Position numbers and translations under genes: made by a program. Of a stretch of 64,000 nt of DNA, positions 40,579 to 51,394 are shown in pieces. This DNA is from a bacterium (GTDB lineage Bacteria > SZUA-182 > DTGQ01 > JAFGSM01): the NCBI GenBank assembly GCA_049472315.1, contig JBLIRN010000001.1, positions 32,001-96,000 of the forward strand. The letters are read 5' to 3'. Positions within the stretch are counted from its first letter, which is position 1. Every line of letters begins with the position of its first letter. The notes under the pieces are model-generated. The model saw only the letters and a program-made list of their open reading frames with translations, did no database searches and had not been told where the DNA came from.

Positions 40579-41553
40579 ATGGATAAAAAACAACCGAAGA
40601 GGCTTGTGGATCAGATCCGTGATACGCTCCGACTAAAGCATTACTCCATTCGCACTGAAAAATCATATGTAAGCTGGATCATAAAATTCATCATCTTTCA
40701 TGGCAAACGCCATCCTCGAGAGATGGGAATCCAGGAAATCGAAGAGTTTCTTACACACCTGGCAGTTAAGGAACGAGTGGCATCCTCCACCCAAAATCAG
40801 GCCTACAGCGCAATTCTTTTCTTATACCGAGAGGTTCTCAAGAAAGATCTCCAAGGCCCTATCGATTCCATCCGGGCAAAAAAGCCAAGGCATTTGCCCA
40901 CAGTGCTTACCAGAGAAGAGGCGCACCGAGTCATTAATGCAATGACCGGCGAACACCAGTTGATGGCGAAATTACTCTATGGCTCCGGGTTACGATTAAT
41001 GGAATACGTTCGGCTCCGTGTGAAGGATATCGACTTTGAGCAGGATCGAATCATTATCAGGGATGCAAAGGGGATGCAGGACCGGATGGCGCTCCTTCCG
41101 GAAGGAATAAAATCACCTCTCGCCAAACAGCTACAGCGTGTCAAGTTGTTGCACGACCAAGACCTTGCGCAGGGCTATGGTACTGTCTATCTTCCTTTCG
41201 CCTTGGAGCGCAAGTATCCGCATGCCAACAGGGAATGGGGCTGGCAGTATGTTTTCCCGGCAAAGACGGTATCAACCGATCCTCGAAGTGGCACGGTTCG
41301 TCGTCACCATATACATGAGCGAAGTCTTCAAAAGGCGGTAAAGGATGCGGTGCGCCTTGCGAGGATCTACAAGCCGGTAAGCTGCCACACCTTCCGGCAC
41401 AGCTTCGCCACCCATCTGCTCGAGGGAGGATACGACATCCGAACGGTGCAGGAGCTGCTCGGGCATAAGGATGTGAGCACCACCATGATCTATACCCATG
41501 TGTTGGGCAAAGGGGTGATGGGGGTGCGCAGCCCGCTTGATCAGGTGCCCTGA
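40579..41553 (+). CDS. intI: integron integrase
   Basis: [21 protein letters not shown], integron-specific insert [44 protein letters not shown]. Confidence 0.97.
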   Translation: MDKKQPKRLVDQIRDTLRLKHYSIRTEKSYVSWIIKFIIFHGKRHPREMGIQEIEEFLTHLAVKERVASSTQNQAYSAILFLYREVLKKDLQGPIDSIRAKKPRHLPTVLTREEAHRVINAMTGEHQLMAKLLYGSGLRLMEYVRLRVKDIDFEQDRIIIRDAKGMQDRMALLPEGIKSPLAKQLQRVKLLHDQDLAQGYGTVYLPFALERKYPHANREWGWQYVFPAKTVSTDPRSGTVRRHHIHERSLQKAVKDAVRLARIYKPVSCHTFRHSFATHLLEGGYDIRTVQELLGHKDVSTTMIYTHVLGKGVMGVRSPLDQVP

Positions 41554-43262
41554 AACTGGAGGGTGTAGAGGCGGTGATAGGCGCCCTGCTGTTTGAGGAG
41601 CTCCTGGTGGGTGCCCATCTCGACGATCTTCCCCGCTTCGAGCACGATGATCTTGTCCGCGTGCTGCACGGTGGAGAGCCGGTGGGCGATGACGAAGGTG
41701 GTGCGGTTCTGCATGAGGTTCTCCAGGGCCTTCTGCACCACCCTTTCGGATTCGGTGTCCAGGGCGGAGGTGGCCTCGTCGAGCACGAGGATGGGGGGAT
41801 TCTTGAGGATGGCCCGGGCGATGGCGAGGCGCTGGCGCTGGCCGCCGGAGAGCATGACCCCTCGCTCCCCGATCACGGTATGGTACTTGTGGGGGAGGCG
41901 GTTGATGAAGCGGTGGGCAAAGGCTGCATGCGCAGCCGCCTCGATCCTTGTCTGGGAGGCGTTCAAATCCCCGTAGGCGATGTTGTTGCGCACGGTGTCG
42001 TTAAACAGGATGGTCTCCTGGGTGACCAGGCCGATCTGTTTTCGCAGCGACGCGAGATCCACATCCCGGATGTCCTGGCCGTCGATGAGGATCGCCCCGG
42101 AGGTCACGTCGTAGAACCTGAGCAGGAGGTTCACCAGGGTGGTCTTTCCCACGCCGCTCTCCCCCACGATGGCCACCACCTCCCCCTTGCGCACCTCCAG
42201 ATCGATCCCCTTGAGGACCCTTTTGTCGTTGTACCCGAATCCCACGGACCGGTATTCGATCACATCCTTGAGGGGGGTGAGTGCAGGGGCATTGGGCTTG
42301 GACGCGATGTCCGGCTCGGTGTCGATGATCTCGAACACCCTCTGTGCCCCGGCGATGCCCTGCTGGATCTGGTTATTGACCCTGGTAAGCCGTTTGATGG
42401 GGGTATAGAGCATGAGCAGGGCGGTTATAAAGGCGAAGAAGGTGCCGGGGGTGGTCTGCCCCCGGAATACCTGGAGCCCTCCGTACCAGAGCACGAAGGA
42501 GAGTCCCGCGGCCCCCAGGAATTCCATGAGGGGCGTGGACAGGGCGATGACCCGCACCGCCCGCATAAGCTCGTTGAAATATGCCTTGTTTGCATGCTGG
42601 AACCGGTCGATCTCCCGGTCCTCCATCATGAACGCCTTGACGATGGCAGCGCCGCTGAAGGTCTCGTGCAGGATGACCGTGAGGTCTGAGATCCGCTCCT
42701 GTGCGCTCCAGGTTATCCTGCGCAGCTTTCTGCCCAGCCGGTCGATGAGCAGGGCCACGAAGGGGAGGACGGTGACTGCGACAAGGGCCCAGCGCCAGTT
42801 CAGATAAAAGAGGGCCGCGAGGTAGCCGAGGATCTCCAGGGGGTCCCTGAGGAGGTTGGCGATCCCCTCGGTCACGGTGCTCTGGACGAGCACCACGTCC
42901 TGGTTGGCCCGGCTGATGAGCATGCCGGTGGACCTGTCTGCGAAAAAACGGTGGGAGAGGCGATGGATGTGGGAAAAGATCTCGTTGCGCAACTGCATGA
43001 CCAGGCGATGGCCTATGTAGTTCATGAGGTAGACCTGGGTATAGTCGAAGACCCCCTTCAGGAAATAGAGGGCCAGGATGGCCAGGGGGATGATCTGGAG
43101 CATGATCCACCGCTTCTGCATGAAGATGTCGTCCATGAGCGGCTTCACCATAAGGGCGATCCCGGAGTTGAGGCCCGCGGTGAAGGTCATGCAGAGTATG
43201 GCCCACACAAGCCTCCCCGTGTACGGACGGATCATTCTCAACAGTCGCTTGAAGGTCTCCAC
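41541..43262 (-). CDS. msbA: lipid A ABC exporter MsbA-like
   Basis: 6-TM domain + NBD ([32 protein letters not shown]); next to hldE. Confidence 0.85.
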   Translation of the reverse strand: METFKRLLRMIRPYTGRLVWAILCMTFTAGLNSGIALMVKPLMDDIFMQKRWIMLQIIPLAILALYFLKGVFDYTQVYLMNYIGHRLVMQLRNEIFSHIHRLSHRFFADRSTGMLISRANQDVVLVQSTVTEGIANLLRDPLEILGYLAALFYLNWRWALVAVTVLPFVALLIDRLGRKLRRITWSAQERISDLTVILHETFSGAAIVKAFMMEDREIDRFQHANKAYFNELMRAVRVIALSTPLMEFLGAAGLSFVLWYGGLQVFRGQTTPGTFFAFITALLMLYTPIKRLTRVNNQIQQGIAGAQRVFEIIDTEPDIASKPNAPALTPLKDVIEYRSVGFGYNDKRVLKGIDLEVRKGEVVAIVGESGVGKTTLVNLLLRFYDVTSGAILIDGQDIRDVDLASLRKQIGLVTQETILFNDTVRNNIAYGDLNASQTRIEAAAHAAFAHRFINRLPHKYHTVIGERGVMLSGGQRQRLAIARAILKNPPILVLDEATSALDTESERVVQKALENLMQNRTTFVIAHRLSTVQHADKIIVLEAGKIVEMGTHQELLKQQGAYHRLYTLQFQGT

Positions 43263-43309
43263 GATATACTCCCTCGTTGGGTGAAGATTTGTTTATTCAC
43301 AGGCAGGGA

Positions 43310-44779
43310 TCAACACCGGTGCCTTTCCACGATGCTCTCGATGAGGTGGGTGGTGGATTTATGTTCCGCCAGGTTCACCAGGCGCACCTGCCCCCCGTAG
43401 GACTCCACCACGTCAGCCCCCACTACCTGCTCCTTGCTGTAGTCGGCCCCCTTCACCAGTATGTCGGGCTTGATGAGCTCGATCAGGGCCAGAGGGGTGT
43501 CCTCGTCAAACAGGGTGACATAGTCCACGCAGTCCAGAGAGGCGAGGATGTGGGCCCGCTCCTCCTCCCCAAGGCAGGGACGGGAGGGGCCCTTGAGCCT
43601 CTGCACGGAGGCGTCGGTGTTGAGCCCCACCACCAGGACCTCTCCGATGGACTTCGCCTCGTGGAGGAGCTTGATATGCCCCAGGTGCAGGAGGTCGAAG
43701 CAGCCGTTGGTGAACACCACCCGCTCCCCCCGCTGGCGGTGCACGCTGACCGTCCGGCTGAGCTCCGTCCGGTTGTTGATGATCTTCCCGGCCACCGAGT
43801 AGCCCCCGCCGAGATGGGAGAGGATCTCCTCGGGGGTGACCGTGGCGGTCCCCACCTTTCCCACCACCACACCCGCTGCAAGGTTTGCCACCTCCGCGGC
43901 CCGGGGGAGGTCCACGCCTGAGGCCAGGCACAGGGCGAGGGCGGCAACCACCGTGTCCCCTGCGCCCGATACGTCGTATACCTCACGGGCGCGCGTGGGG
44001 ATGAGACGCGGTTCCTCACCCGGTGAAAATACGCACATCCCCTCCGCCCCCAGGGTGATGACCAGGCCGAGGAGATCGAGTTCCTCGATCATGCGCACGC
44101 CCAGGGAGGGCACCTCCGCGTCCTTCCCGGGATCGAGCCCCATCCCCAGGAAGGCCTCCTTTCTGTTCGGGGTTATGAGCCCTGCACCCCGGTACCGGGT
44201 GAAGTCCGTTCCCTTTGGATCCACCACCACCCTGATCCCCTTCTCCCGTCCCAGGGTGATGACCTTTTCGAGGAACGAGCGGGTGAGAAGCCCCTTGCCG
44301 TAGTCCGAAAGCACGATCCCTTGCCATTGGTCCCAGTGCCGGGTGATGTGGCGGACAAGCCGCTCCTCCTGCTTTTCGGATATGGGGCGCCTGGTCTCCC
44401 GGTCGATCCTGACCACCTGCTGATTGGCGGCGATAACCCTGGTCTTTATGGTGGTGGGGCGCTCGGGGTCCCTGATAAGGCATTCGTGCCCCACGTACAG
44501 GGAATCGAGCTGGTCTGCCAGCCACTGGGCACCGGGGCAGTCGCCGATCACACCTCCCACGTCCACCTTCGCCCCCATGGACGCCAGGTTGGCGACCACG
44601 TTCCCCGCACCCCCCAGGGTTCGTGCCTCCCGCTGCACATCCACTACCTGCACGGGGGCCTCGGGTGAAATACGCTCCACGCCTCCCCACAGGTACTCGT
44701 CGATCATGAGGTCCCCCAGGACAAGTATCCTGGTGTCTGAGAACCGGTACAGGATATCCTTCAGATGGGTGATGTCCAT
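43310..44779 (-). CDS. hldE: bifunctional heptose-7-phosphate kinase / heptose-1-phosphate adenylyltransferase
   Basis: RISPEAPV, GGAGNV, SDYGKG, DVSGAGDT, FTNGCFDLLHLGH. Confidence 0.95.
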   Translation of the reverse strand: MDITHLKDILYRFSDTRILVLGDLMIDEYLWGGVERISPEAPVQVVDVQREARTLGGAGNVVANLASMGAKVDVGGVIGDCPGAQWLADQLDSLYVGHECLIRDPERPTTIKTRVIAANQQVVRIDRETRRPISEKQEERLVRHITRHWDQWQGIVLSDYGKGLLTRSFLEKVITLGREKGIRVVVDPKGTDFTRYRGAGLITPNRKEAFLGMGLDPGKDAEVPSLGVRMIEELDLLGLVITLGAEGMCVFSPGEEPRLIPTRAREVYDVSGAGDTVVAALALCLASGVDLPRAAEVANLAAGVVVGKVGTATVTPEEILSHLGGGYSVAGKIINNRTELSRTVSVHRQRGERVVFTNGCFDLLHLGHIKLLHEAKSIGEVLVVGLNTDASVQRLKGPSRPCLGEEERAHILASLDCVDYVTLFDEDTPLALIELIKPDILVKGADYSKEQVVGADVVESYGGQVRLVNLAEHKSTTHLIESIVERHRC

Positions 44780-44962
44780 TCTGTTTCCCTTCGATTCCGC
44801 TGTTGTTTTTTCCCGTTGCCGCCCTGCCATGGATGCGAACCGGGGAATGAATCCCGGTAAGAAGGTGCCCCCGCTTCCCGATCCTGCACGGCGATCCCCT
44901 TCCGAACAATAAGGCCGTCACCCGCCGTGGTCATCCGCACCGGGGGCGGAAAGGCCCGGGGA

Positions 44963-46039
44963 TTACTCATCCCTTGTCTCCGCGATGGGGTACGAGCCGA
45001 GCACCTTGAGAAAGATGCACTGGTCCTTGAGGTCCGCCAGCGCGCCCCGCACCTTTTCATCATCCTCGTGCCCCACGAGATCCACGAAGAAGATATACTC
45101 CCAGGGCTGTTTCTTGGTGGGACGGGACTCGATCTTGGTGAGATTGATCCCCTTCTTGGCGAAGGGCTTCAGCATGTGGTAGAGGGCCCCCACCCGGTCC
45201 TTGATGGAGAAGATGACGGAGGTCTTGTCCCTGCCGGTACGGGTGCTGGGTTTCTTCCCGATGACCAGGAACCGGGTGTAGTTGTGCACCATGTCCTCGA
45301 TCCTGGACCGGACGATGTTCAGGTCGTAGATGTTGGCCGCGAGTTCGCTGGCGATGGCGGCTGCAGTGGCGTCCTGGCAGGCCATCTCCGCAGCCCTGGC
45401 GGTGCTGGAGACCTCGATGACCTGGCGGTTGGGCAGGTTGTCCCTCAACCATGCCCTGGACTGGGCCACCGCCTGGGGATGGGAGTAAACCTTCTCGATT
45501 TCGTCAAGGCCGGTGCCCCGGGAAAGCAGGTTGTGATGGACCTCCAGCATCACCTCCGCGCAAATCTTCAGGTCGGAGGAGACGAACATGTCCAGGGTAT
45601 GGCTCACCACCCCCTCGGAGGAGTTCTCCACCGGCACCACGCCGTAGGTGGCCCTTCCCCGCTCCACCTCGCTGAACACGGCCTCCACGCTCTTTGCAGG
45701 GATAAGGCCGGCGGATGATCCGAATTTCTTCATCACCGCCATGTGGGTGAAGGTGGCCTCCGGTCCCAGGTAGGCAATGCGGATGGGCGCCTCCAGGGAG
45801 AGGCAGGCGGAGATGATCTCCCTGAACACCGGCCTGATGGCCATGGAGGGGAAGTTACCCGGGTTCTGGCGCTGAAGCCTTTGCAGGATCTCTTCCTCCC
45901 TGGTGGGATCGTGATACTCCTTGTTGGTCTCCCGCTTTACCCGCGCCACCTCCTTGACCACCTCGGCCCGGTCATTGAGAAGCCGGAGGATGCCCTGGTC
46001 GATGGCATCAATTCGTTTTCTCAGTTCCTCTAAATCCAT
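44963..46039 (-). CDS. pheA: chorismate mutase / prephenate dehydratase
   Basis: LEELRKRID, YLGPEATF, PVENSSEG, NYTRF, LTKIESRP. Confidence 0.96.
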   Translation of the reverse strand: MDLEELRKRIDAIDQGILRLLNDRAEVVKEVARVKRETNKEYHDPTREEEILQRLQRQNPGNFPSMAIRPVFREIISACLSLEAPIRIAYLGPEATFTHMAVMKKFGSSAGLIPAKSVEAVFSEVERGRATYGVVPVENSSEGVVSHTLDMFVSSDLKICAEVMLEVHHNLLSRGTGLDEIEKVYSHPQAVAQSRAWLRDNLPNRQVIEVSSTARAAEMACQDATAAAIASELAANIYDLNIVRSRIEDMVHNYTRFLVIGKKPSTRTGRDKTSVIFSIKDRVGALYHMLKPFAKKGINLTKIESRPTKKQPWEYIFFVDLVGHEDDEKVRGALADLKDQCIFLKVLGSYPIAETRDE

Positions 46040-46352
46040 GCCCTGTTCCTTTGCGAATCGATAGTGCTGCAAGGTTCGCTGTACGGGGATGGCCCCATGC
46101 CGACCGCTCCGTTTGCAGGCAATAAGTCCTTTTTTTCATATGGTTAAGACACCGCAATACCTCACGGCGCTGCTCGGCACTGAACCTTCTTCGATCAAAT
46201 GTACCTAAAAAGCCAAATTCTGTCAAGGATTTGCCGATTGTTATATATAGAGGATCAAAACAGGGCACAGGTATATTGCACGGCTGCAATCAGACCGCCC
46301 TATGTATTTCTTTTTGCGAATGTACGGCCTCCTTAATAGGGTAGGCAGTAAA

Positions 46353-46381
46353 TTGACAGTATACCGGATTCGGTTTATAGT
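46353..46381 (+). promoter_or_regulatory. sigma70-type promoter for gsp operon
   Basis: TTGACA-N17-TATAGT about 100 nt upstream of gspC. Confidence 0.6.
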
Positions 46382-46477
46382 GGTAGGTTGATTTCATGGA
46401 TGTCTATCCCTCCTTCATGCCGGAGCGGGGGAGCATCCGGTGTTTTTTAAAGGGAAAAAGAGAGAGGTTCAGCGGGT

Positions 46478-47392
46478 ATGGTTAAGAAGACATTCTGGGT
46501 CGTCATCCTTGTGTTGGCGACCATATCGGCATACCTTGCCGCAGACGCCGTAACCGTCCGTATCAAGACCATCCTCGACGTTCCTCCCACCACCCCCTTC
46601 ACCGTTCGGCCCGAAGGGCATGAGGCCCCGAAAAGCAGAAACCGGAAGGGGTACTACCAGATCATCACCCAGCGGGACCTCCTCCAGGTGGAGCCCAGCA
46701 AGGAAGGGCCCCAAAGGGGGGAGGAGGAGGAGGAGAAGGTTGCGCCCCTTACCGCACTGAGGCTCAAGCTCCTGGGGACCATGACCGGATACGGGATCGT
46801 GCCGTTTGCCATCATCCTTGACGAAGGCGCCAGAAAACAGGACCTGTTCACCGAAGGGGACGAGATCGGTCCCGCAAAGGTGGTCAAGATCTATCGTCAC
46901 AAGGTTATCCTGGAGCACGAGGGCAAGGAGGAAATGCTCATCGCCTTCGAGGATATGGAGGCATTGATCAGCGCGGCCATGGGAGAGCCCGAGGAATCGG
47001 GCGCCCAGGAGAGCCCCGGGGAGCCCCCGATTCCCGGGCGTATCGGGAAAAAGATCGCACAGAACCACTGGGTGATGGAGCGGGATGAGGTGCAGAACGT
47101 GCTCGAGAACTCGAGCCAACTCCTCACCCAGGTGCGGATCATCCCCCATTTTGACAAGGGAAAGATCGACCAGCCTGACGGATTCCAGGTGGCGAATATC
47201 AAACCCCGGAGTTTTTTTGACACCATGGGTCTGAGGAACGGGGATGTGATCAGGTCGGTCAACCGGATCCCTGTGGACAATGCGGAAAAGGCGTTCGAGG
47301 CATATCAGAAGCTCAGGAACGAGTCGCGCATCGAGGTGGTTGTGGTCAGGAACAACAAGGAGGTTACCCTGCAATATGATATCAATGATTAG
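46478..47392 (+). CDS. gspC: type II secretion protein C (HR + PDZ)
   Basis: N-terminal TM, LKLLGT, PDZ GLRNGDVIRSVN; precedes gspDEF. Confidence 0.88.
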   Translation: MVKKTFWVVILVLATISAYLAADAVTVRIKTILDVPPTTPFTVRPEGHEAPKSRNRKGYYQIITQRDLLQVEPSKEGPQRGEEEEEKVAPLTALRLKLLGTMTGYGIVPFAIILDEGARKQDLFTEGDEIGPAKVVKIYRHKVILEHEGKEEMLIAFEDMEALISAAMGEPEESGAQESPGEPPIPGRIGKKIAQNHWVMERDEVQNVLENSSQLLTQVRIIPHFDKGKIDQPDGFQVANIKPRSFFDTMGLRNGDVIRSVNRIPVDNAEKAFEAYQKLRNESRIEVVVVRNNKEVTLQYDIND

Positions 47393-47420
47393 CGCACCAG
47401 GGATATAGGGAAAGGAACGT

Positions 47421-49649
47421 ATGTATTTATCATCGAAGAGAAAAAGGCCGCTCAGCATGTTTTTCATGATCGGCGGTCTCGGCATTGCGTTGTTGCTGGG
47501 CATGGTCTGCCGGTGCCCGGCGCAGCCGCCTCAGCCCATCCTGCTTGCTTTGAACGAACGAGGCAAGTCCGATGCAAAGGGCACAAAGGAGCCCGCCAAG
47601 AACGTCACGCTCGATTTCAACAACGTGGACATCCGTCTGGTGATCAAGTTTATGAGCGACCTTTTGGGAAAGAATTTTCTGGTCGATGACGCGGTCAAGG
47701 GGAACGTGACCATCATCTCACCCCAGGCCGTACCCGTTGACGAGGCCTATCAGGTGTTCGAATCCATTCTGGAGGTCAAGGGATTCGCCGCAATACCCTC
47801 AGGCTCCGTTATAAAGATCGTTCCGGTGCGCGACGCCTACAGCAAGAACATCGTAACACGGACCACAGAGCACACCCTTCAGAGACGGCCGGAGGACAGC
47901 TTCATCACTCAGCTCATCCCCATCATCAACGCGGATGTGAATGAGGTAAAAAACGTGATCTCCATGCTGGTGTCCAAGGAGAGCAAGCTGATCGCCTACG
48001 GGCCCACCAACACGATCATCCTTACCGAGACCCTCTCCAATATCGACAGGCTGGTCAAGATCATCCACGAAATCGATATTCCCACCGCGGAGGTCCGGAT
48101 CGAGATCGTACCCCTCAAGTACGCGTCACCCGATACGATCGCCGCAGAGGTCATGAAGGTGGTCGGGGACCAGAAGGTGCAGCGGACCCGGCAGCGCAAG
48201 GCGGTCATCCCGAAGGATGCGGTGCAGTCAAAGATCATCCCCGACGACAGGACGGGCTCCCTCATCATCCTGGCCCAGGAGGACGACATGGAGACCATCC
48301 TGGACCTGATCACCCGGCTGGATATCCCTGCCCCCCGGGGAAAGGACAACATCCGCGTACGGGCGCTGAAGAACTCGAAGGCAGAAGAGGTGGCAAAGGT
48401 GCTGAGTTCCATCATCAGCCAGCAACGGTCCCAAACGGTCAAGGGAGGCCAGGAGGTGGCGGCGGCCATCGTGGGCTCCCAGATCACCGCGGACAAGGCG
48501 ACCAATTCGCTGATCATCACCGCCTCCCCCCAGGAATACGAGATCCTTTCCAGGATCATTGACGAACTGGACGTGATGCGGCCCCAGGTGCTGGTGGAGG
48601 CGCTCATCGCGGAGGTGACCTTCGGGAAGAATCAGGAACTGGGGGTGGAATGGCGTGCGGGGGTGGAGAAGATCGGCACGGATGACGGGGGAAGCGAGTA
48701 CCAGGGATTCGGGGGAACCAACTTCGGCGAGATATCCTCGATCCAGTCCGGGATTATATCGGGGGACCTGCCGCAGGGGATATTCATGGGGGTGGCGAAG
48801 GATTCCATCAAGGTGGGCAGCCTGGAATTCCCGAACATCGCGGCGCTGATCCGGGCGTATCAGGGAGACCAGGATGTCAATATCCTCTCCACGCCGCATC
48901 TCTTGACAACCGACAACGAGGAGGCGAAAATTCTCATAGGGCAGTCCATCAGCTATCCCCAGAGCGATATCGTCGACAACGTGACCAGGCAGTCGTTCAT
49001 TTACAAGGATGTGGGCCTCACCCTCAAGATCACTCCTTACATTAATCCTGACGGGTATGTCAAGCTGGAGATCTCGCTCAAGATCGACAACGTGATCCCG
49101 CGGACCACAGACCTCGGCGGCCCCCCCTGGACCACCAAGAGGGAGGCGGACACCACCGTGGTGGTCAAGGACCGACAGACCGTGGTGATCGGAGGGCTCC
49201 TGAAGGACGACCAGTCGGATACCTACGACCGGGTGCCGTGCCTGGGGGAGATTCCCCTGCTCGGATGGATCTTCAGGAAGTCAACGAAGCGAAAGGAGAA
49301 GACCAACCTCCAGGTATTCCTGACCCCTCACATCATCCGAACCCCGGAGGAGCTCCAGGCATTGACCTTTGAAAAGAGCGCCTCGCTGGAAAAGGAACGA
49401 ATGAAAATAGACATCAACACAGGCAAGGAGGGGGAATCGTCCTCAGCCGATGCACCGGGTGTCGGGCAATCTCCCGTTGATACCGAGCAGAGGCCGGAAG
49501 GTGTATCCGAGGTGACGGAGACGCCCGAGGAAACCGTGGGACCCGAGGCCGCTGCAGCAACACAACCCTTCGATACATCCGCAGATGCAGCGACCCCCGA
49601 GACCGCCCCGTCCGAGCACACCCCCGAGGCCCCTGCCGAAGGTCAATAA
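47421..49649 (+). CDS. gspD: type II secretion secretin
   Basis: LDFNNVDI, QVLVEALIAEV, NILSTPHLLTTDNEEA, DVGLTLKITP, VIGGL. Confidence 0.95.
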   Translation: MYLSSKRKRPLSMFFMIGGLGIALLLGMVCRCPAQPPQPILLALNERGKSDAKGTKEPAKNVTLDFNNVDIRLVIKFMSDLLGKNFLVDDAVKGNVTIISPQAVPVDEAYQVFESILEVKGFAAIPSGSVIKIVPVRDAYSKNIVTRTTEHTLQRRPEDSFITQLIPIINADVNEVKNVISMLVSKESKLIAYGPTNTIILTETLSNIDRLVKIIHEIDIPTAEVRIEIVPLKYASPDTIAAEVMKVVGDQKVQRTRQRKAVIPKDAVQSKIIPDDRTGSLIILAQEDDMETILDLITRLDIPAPRGKDNIRVRALKNSKAEEVAKVLSSIISQQRSQTVKGGQEVAAAIVGSQITADKATNSLIITASPQEYEILSRIIDELDVMRPQVLVEALIAEVTFGKNQELGVEWRAGVEKIGTDDGGSEYQGFGGTNFGEISSIQSGIISGDLPQGIFMGVAKDSIKVGSLEFPNIAALIRAYQGDQDVNILSTPHLLTTDNEEAKILIGQSISYPQSDIVDNVTRQSFIYKDVGLTLKITPYINPDGYVKLEISLKIDNVIPRTTDLGGPPWTTKREADTTVVVKDRQTVVIGGLLKDDQSDTYDRVPCLGEIPLLGWIFRKSTKRKEKTNLQVFLTPHIIRTPEELQALTFEKSASLEKERMKIDINTGKEGESSSADAPGVGQSPVDTEQRPEGVSEVTETPEETVGPEAAAATQPFDTSADAATPETAPSEHTPEAPAEGQ

Positions 49650-49667
49650 ACAAGGGAAACATAGTCC

Positions 49668-51374
49668 ATGGAACCTGCAATCAGAGACATCGAGGGCATC
49701 CTCTTGAACGAGCACATCGTCACCCAGGAAGAGCTGGACCAGGCCCGATCGAGGAAGCGTGAGAGGGAGGAACCCCTGATTCAATCCCTGTGCGCCATGG
49801 GGGGGGACACCGAGGAAAGGGTACTGAAGGGCCTGGGCGGCCACTTCCACATGCCCTTTCAGAAGACCATCGCCCAGGATCTGGACCCCTCGCTCATCGA
49901 AGGGATTCCCTTTCACTTCGTCAAGAAGAACCACCTCATTCCGATCAACCGAACGAACGGGGTCATCCGGGTTGCCATCTGCAATCCCGTGAATGTGCAG
50001 CCCCTGGATGATATACGACTCATCACCGGCTGTCATGTGGAGCCGGTGCTCTGTCCCATCGAAGAGATCAACGAGGCCATCAACCGGATCTACCACCATG
50101 CGCCGGAGACCGCCGAGAAGATGGTGCAGGACCTGGACAAGCAGGATGTGGGGCTCATTACGGATCTGGGGGAGCAGCCGAAGGACCTTCTGGATCTGGT
50201 GAACGAGGCGCCCATCATCAAGCTGGTCAACCTGATCCTTGTGCAGGCGATCAAGGAACGGGCAAGCGACGTGCATATCGAGCCCTTTGAACAGGATCTC
50301 AGGGTCAGGTACCGCATCGACGGGGTGCTCCACGATACCCTCACCCCGCCGAAGCGCTATCAAACGGCGATCATTTCCCGCATCAAGATCATGTCGAAGA
50401 TGAACATCGCGGAAAAGAGGCTCCCCCAGGACGGGAGGATCAAGATCAGGGTGGGGGACCGGGAGATCGATATACGGGTATCGACGATTCCCACCGCATT
50501 CGGCGAACGGGTGGTGATGCGGCTGCTTGACAAACGAGGCTCCATACTCCGCCTCGAGGAGTTGGGGATGAGCGGCAATACCCTCAAGCGGATGCACGAC
50601 ATCATCCATCGCTCACACGGCATCATCCTGGTCACGGGCCCCACCGGGAGCGGGAAGACCACCACCCTCTACGCAGCCCTGAGCAAGATCAACTTCGCCG
50701 ACAAGAACATCATCACCATCGAGGACCCCATCGAGTATCAGTTGAACGGCATCGGGCAGATCCAGGTCATGCCCAAGATCAACCTGACCTTCTCCAACGG
50801 CCTTCGCTCCATCCTGAGGCAGGACCCCGATGTGATCATGGTGGGAGAGATCAGGGATTTGGAAACCGCGGAGATCGCCATCCAGGCCTCCCTTACCGGA
50901 CACCTGGTCTTCTCAACGCTTCACACCAACGATTCCGCAGGGGCCGTCACCAGGCTGATCGACATGGGGGTCGAGCCCTACCTGGTGGCGTCCTCGGTCA
51001 TCGCCATACTGGCCCAGAGGCTGGTGCGTGTGGCCTGCCCGCACTGCAAGGATCAGTACCGGCCCGACCAGAACTCCCTGGCCGAGATCGGGTGCAAGCC
51101 CTCGGATGTACCCGAGGGGGGGATCTACCGGGAAAAGGGGTGCCCGGAGTGCATGAATACGGGGTACCGGGGAAGGACCGGCATCTACGAGCTCCTCATG
51201 ATGGACGACACGATCAGGCGCCTGACCATGCAACAGGCTGAATCCAATGTGATCAAAAGGGCGGGGATCGAATCCGGCATGACCACCCTCAGGCAGGACG
51301 GAGCGCATAAGGTGGTCGCAGGTCTTTCCACGATTCAGGAGGTACTCAGGGTAACCCAGGAAGATGTGTTTTAG
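49668..51374 (+). CDS. gspE: type II secretion ATPase
   Basis: ASDVHIEP, GPTGSGKTT, LRQDPDVIMVGEIRD, GHLVFSTLH, tetracysteine motif. Confidence 0.96.
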   Translation: MEPAIRDIEGILLNEHIVTQEELDQARSRKREREEPLIQSLCAMGGDTEERVLKGLGGHFHMPFQKTIAQDLDPSLIEGIPFHFVKKNHLIPINRTNGVIRVAICNPVNVQPLDDIRLITGCHVEPVLCPIEEINEAINRIYHHAPETAEKMVQDLDKQDVGLITDLGEQPKDLLDLVNEAPIIKLVNLILVQAIKERASDVHIEPFEQDLRVRYRIDGVLHDTLTPPKRYQTAIISRIKIMSKMNIAEKRLPQDGRIKIRVGDREIDIRVSTIPTAFGERVVMRLLDKRGSILRLEELGMSGNTLKRMHDIIHRSHGIILVTGPTGSGKTTTLYAALSKINFADKNIITIEDPIEYQLNGIGQIQVMPKINLTFSNGLRSILRQDPDVIMVGEIRDLETAEIAIQASLTGHLVFSTLHTNDSAGAVTRLIDMGVEPYLVASSVIAILAQRLVRVACPHCKDQYRPDQNSLAEIGCKPSDVPEGGIYREKGCPECMNTGYRGRTGIYELLMMDDTIRRLTMQQAESNVIKRAGIESGMTTLRQDGAHKVVAGLSTIQEVLRVTQEDVF

Positions 51375-51394
51375 ATCGGGATACGGGACATACC

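Larger units (their letters stand above)
29493..41553. mobile_element. chromosomal integron (intI + attI + minus-strand cassette array)
   Basis: Integron integrase at right end, divergent short AT-rich ORFs, each bounded by matching GTT.../...AAC core sites; left boundary uncertain. Confidence 0.93.

Noticed and set aside
41541..41553. 13-nt convergent overlap of intI and msbA
   Set aside because: Short tail-to-tail overlaps are common; both ORFs look complete
46262..46280. GGGCACAGGTATATTGCA as a sigma54 promoter
   Set aside because: GG-to-GC spacing is 12 rather than 10
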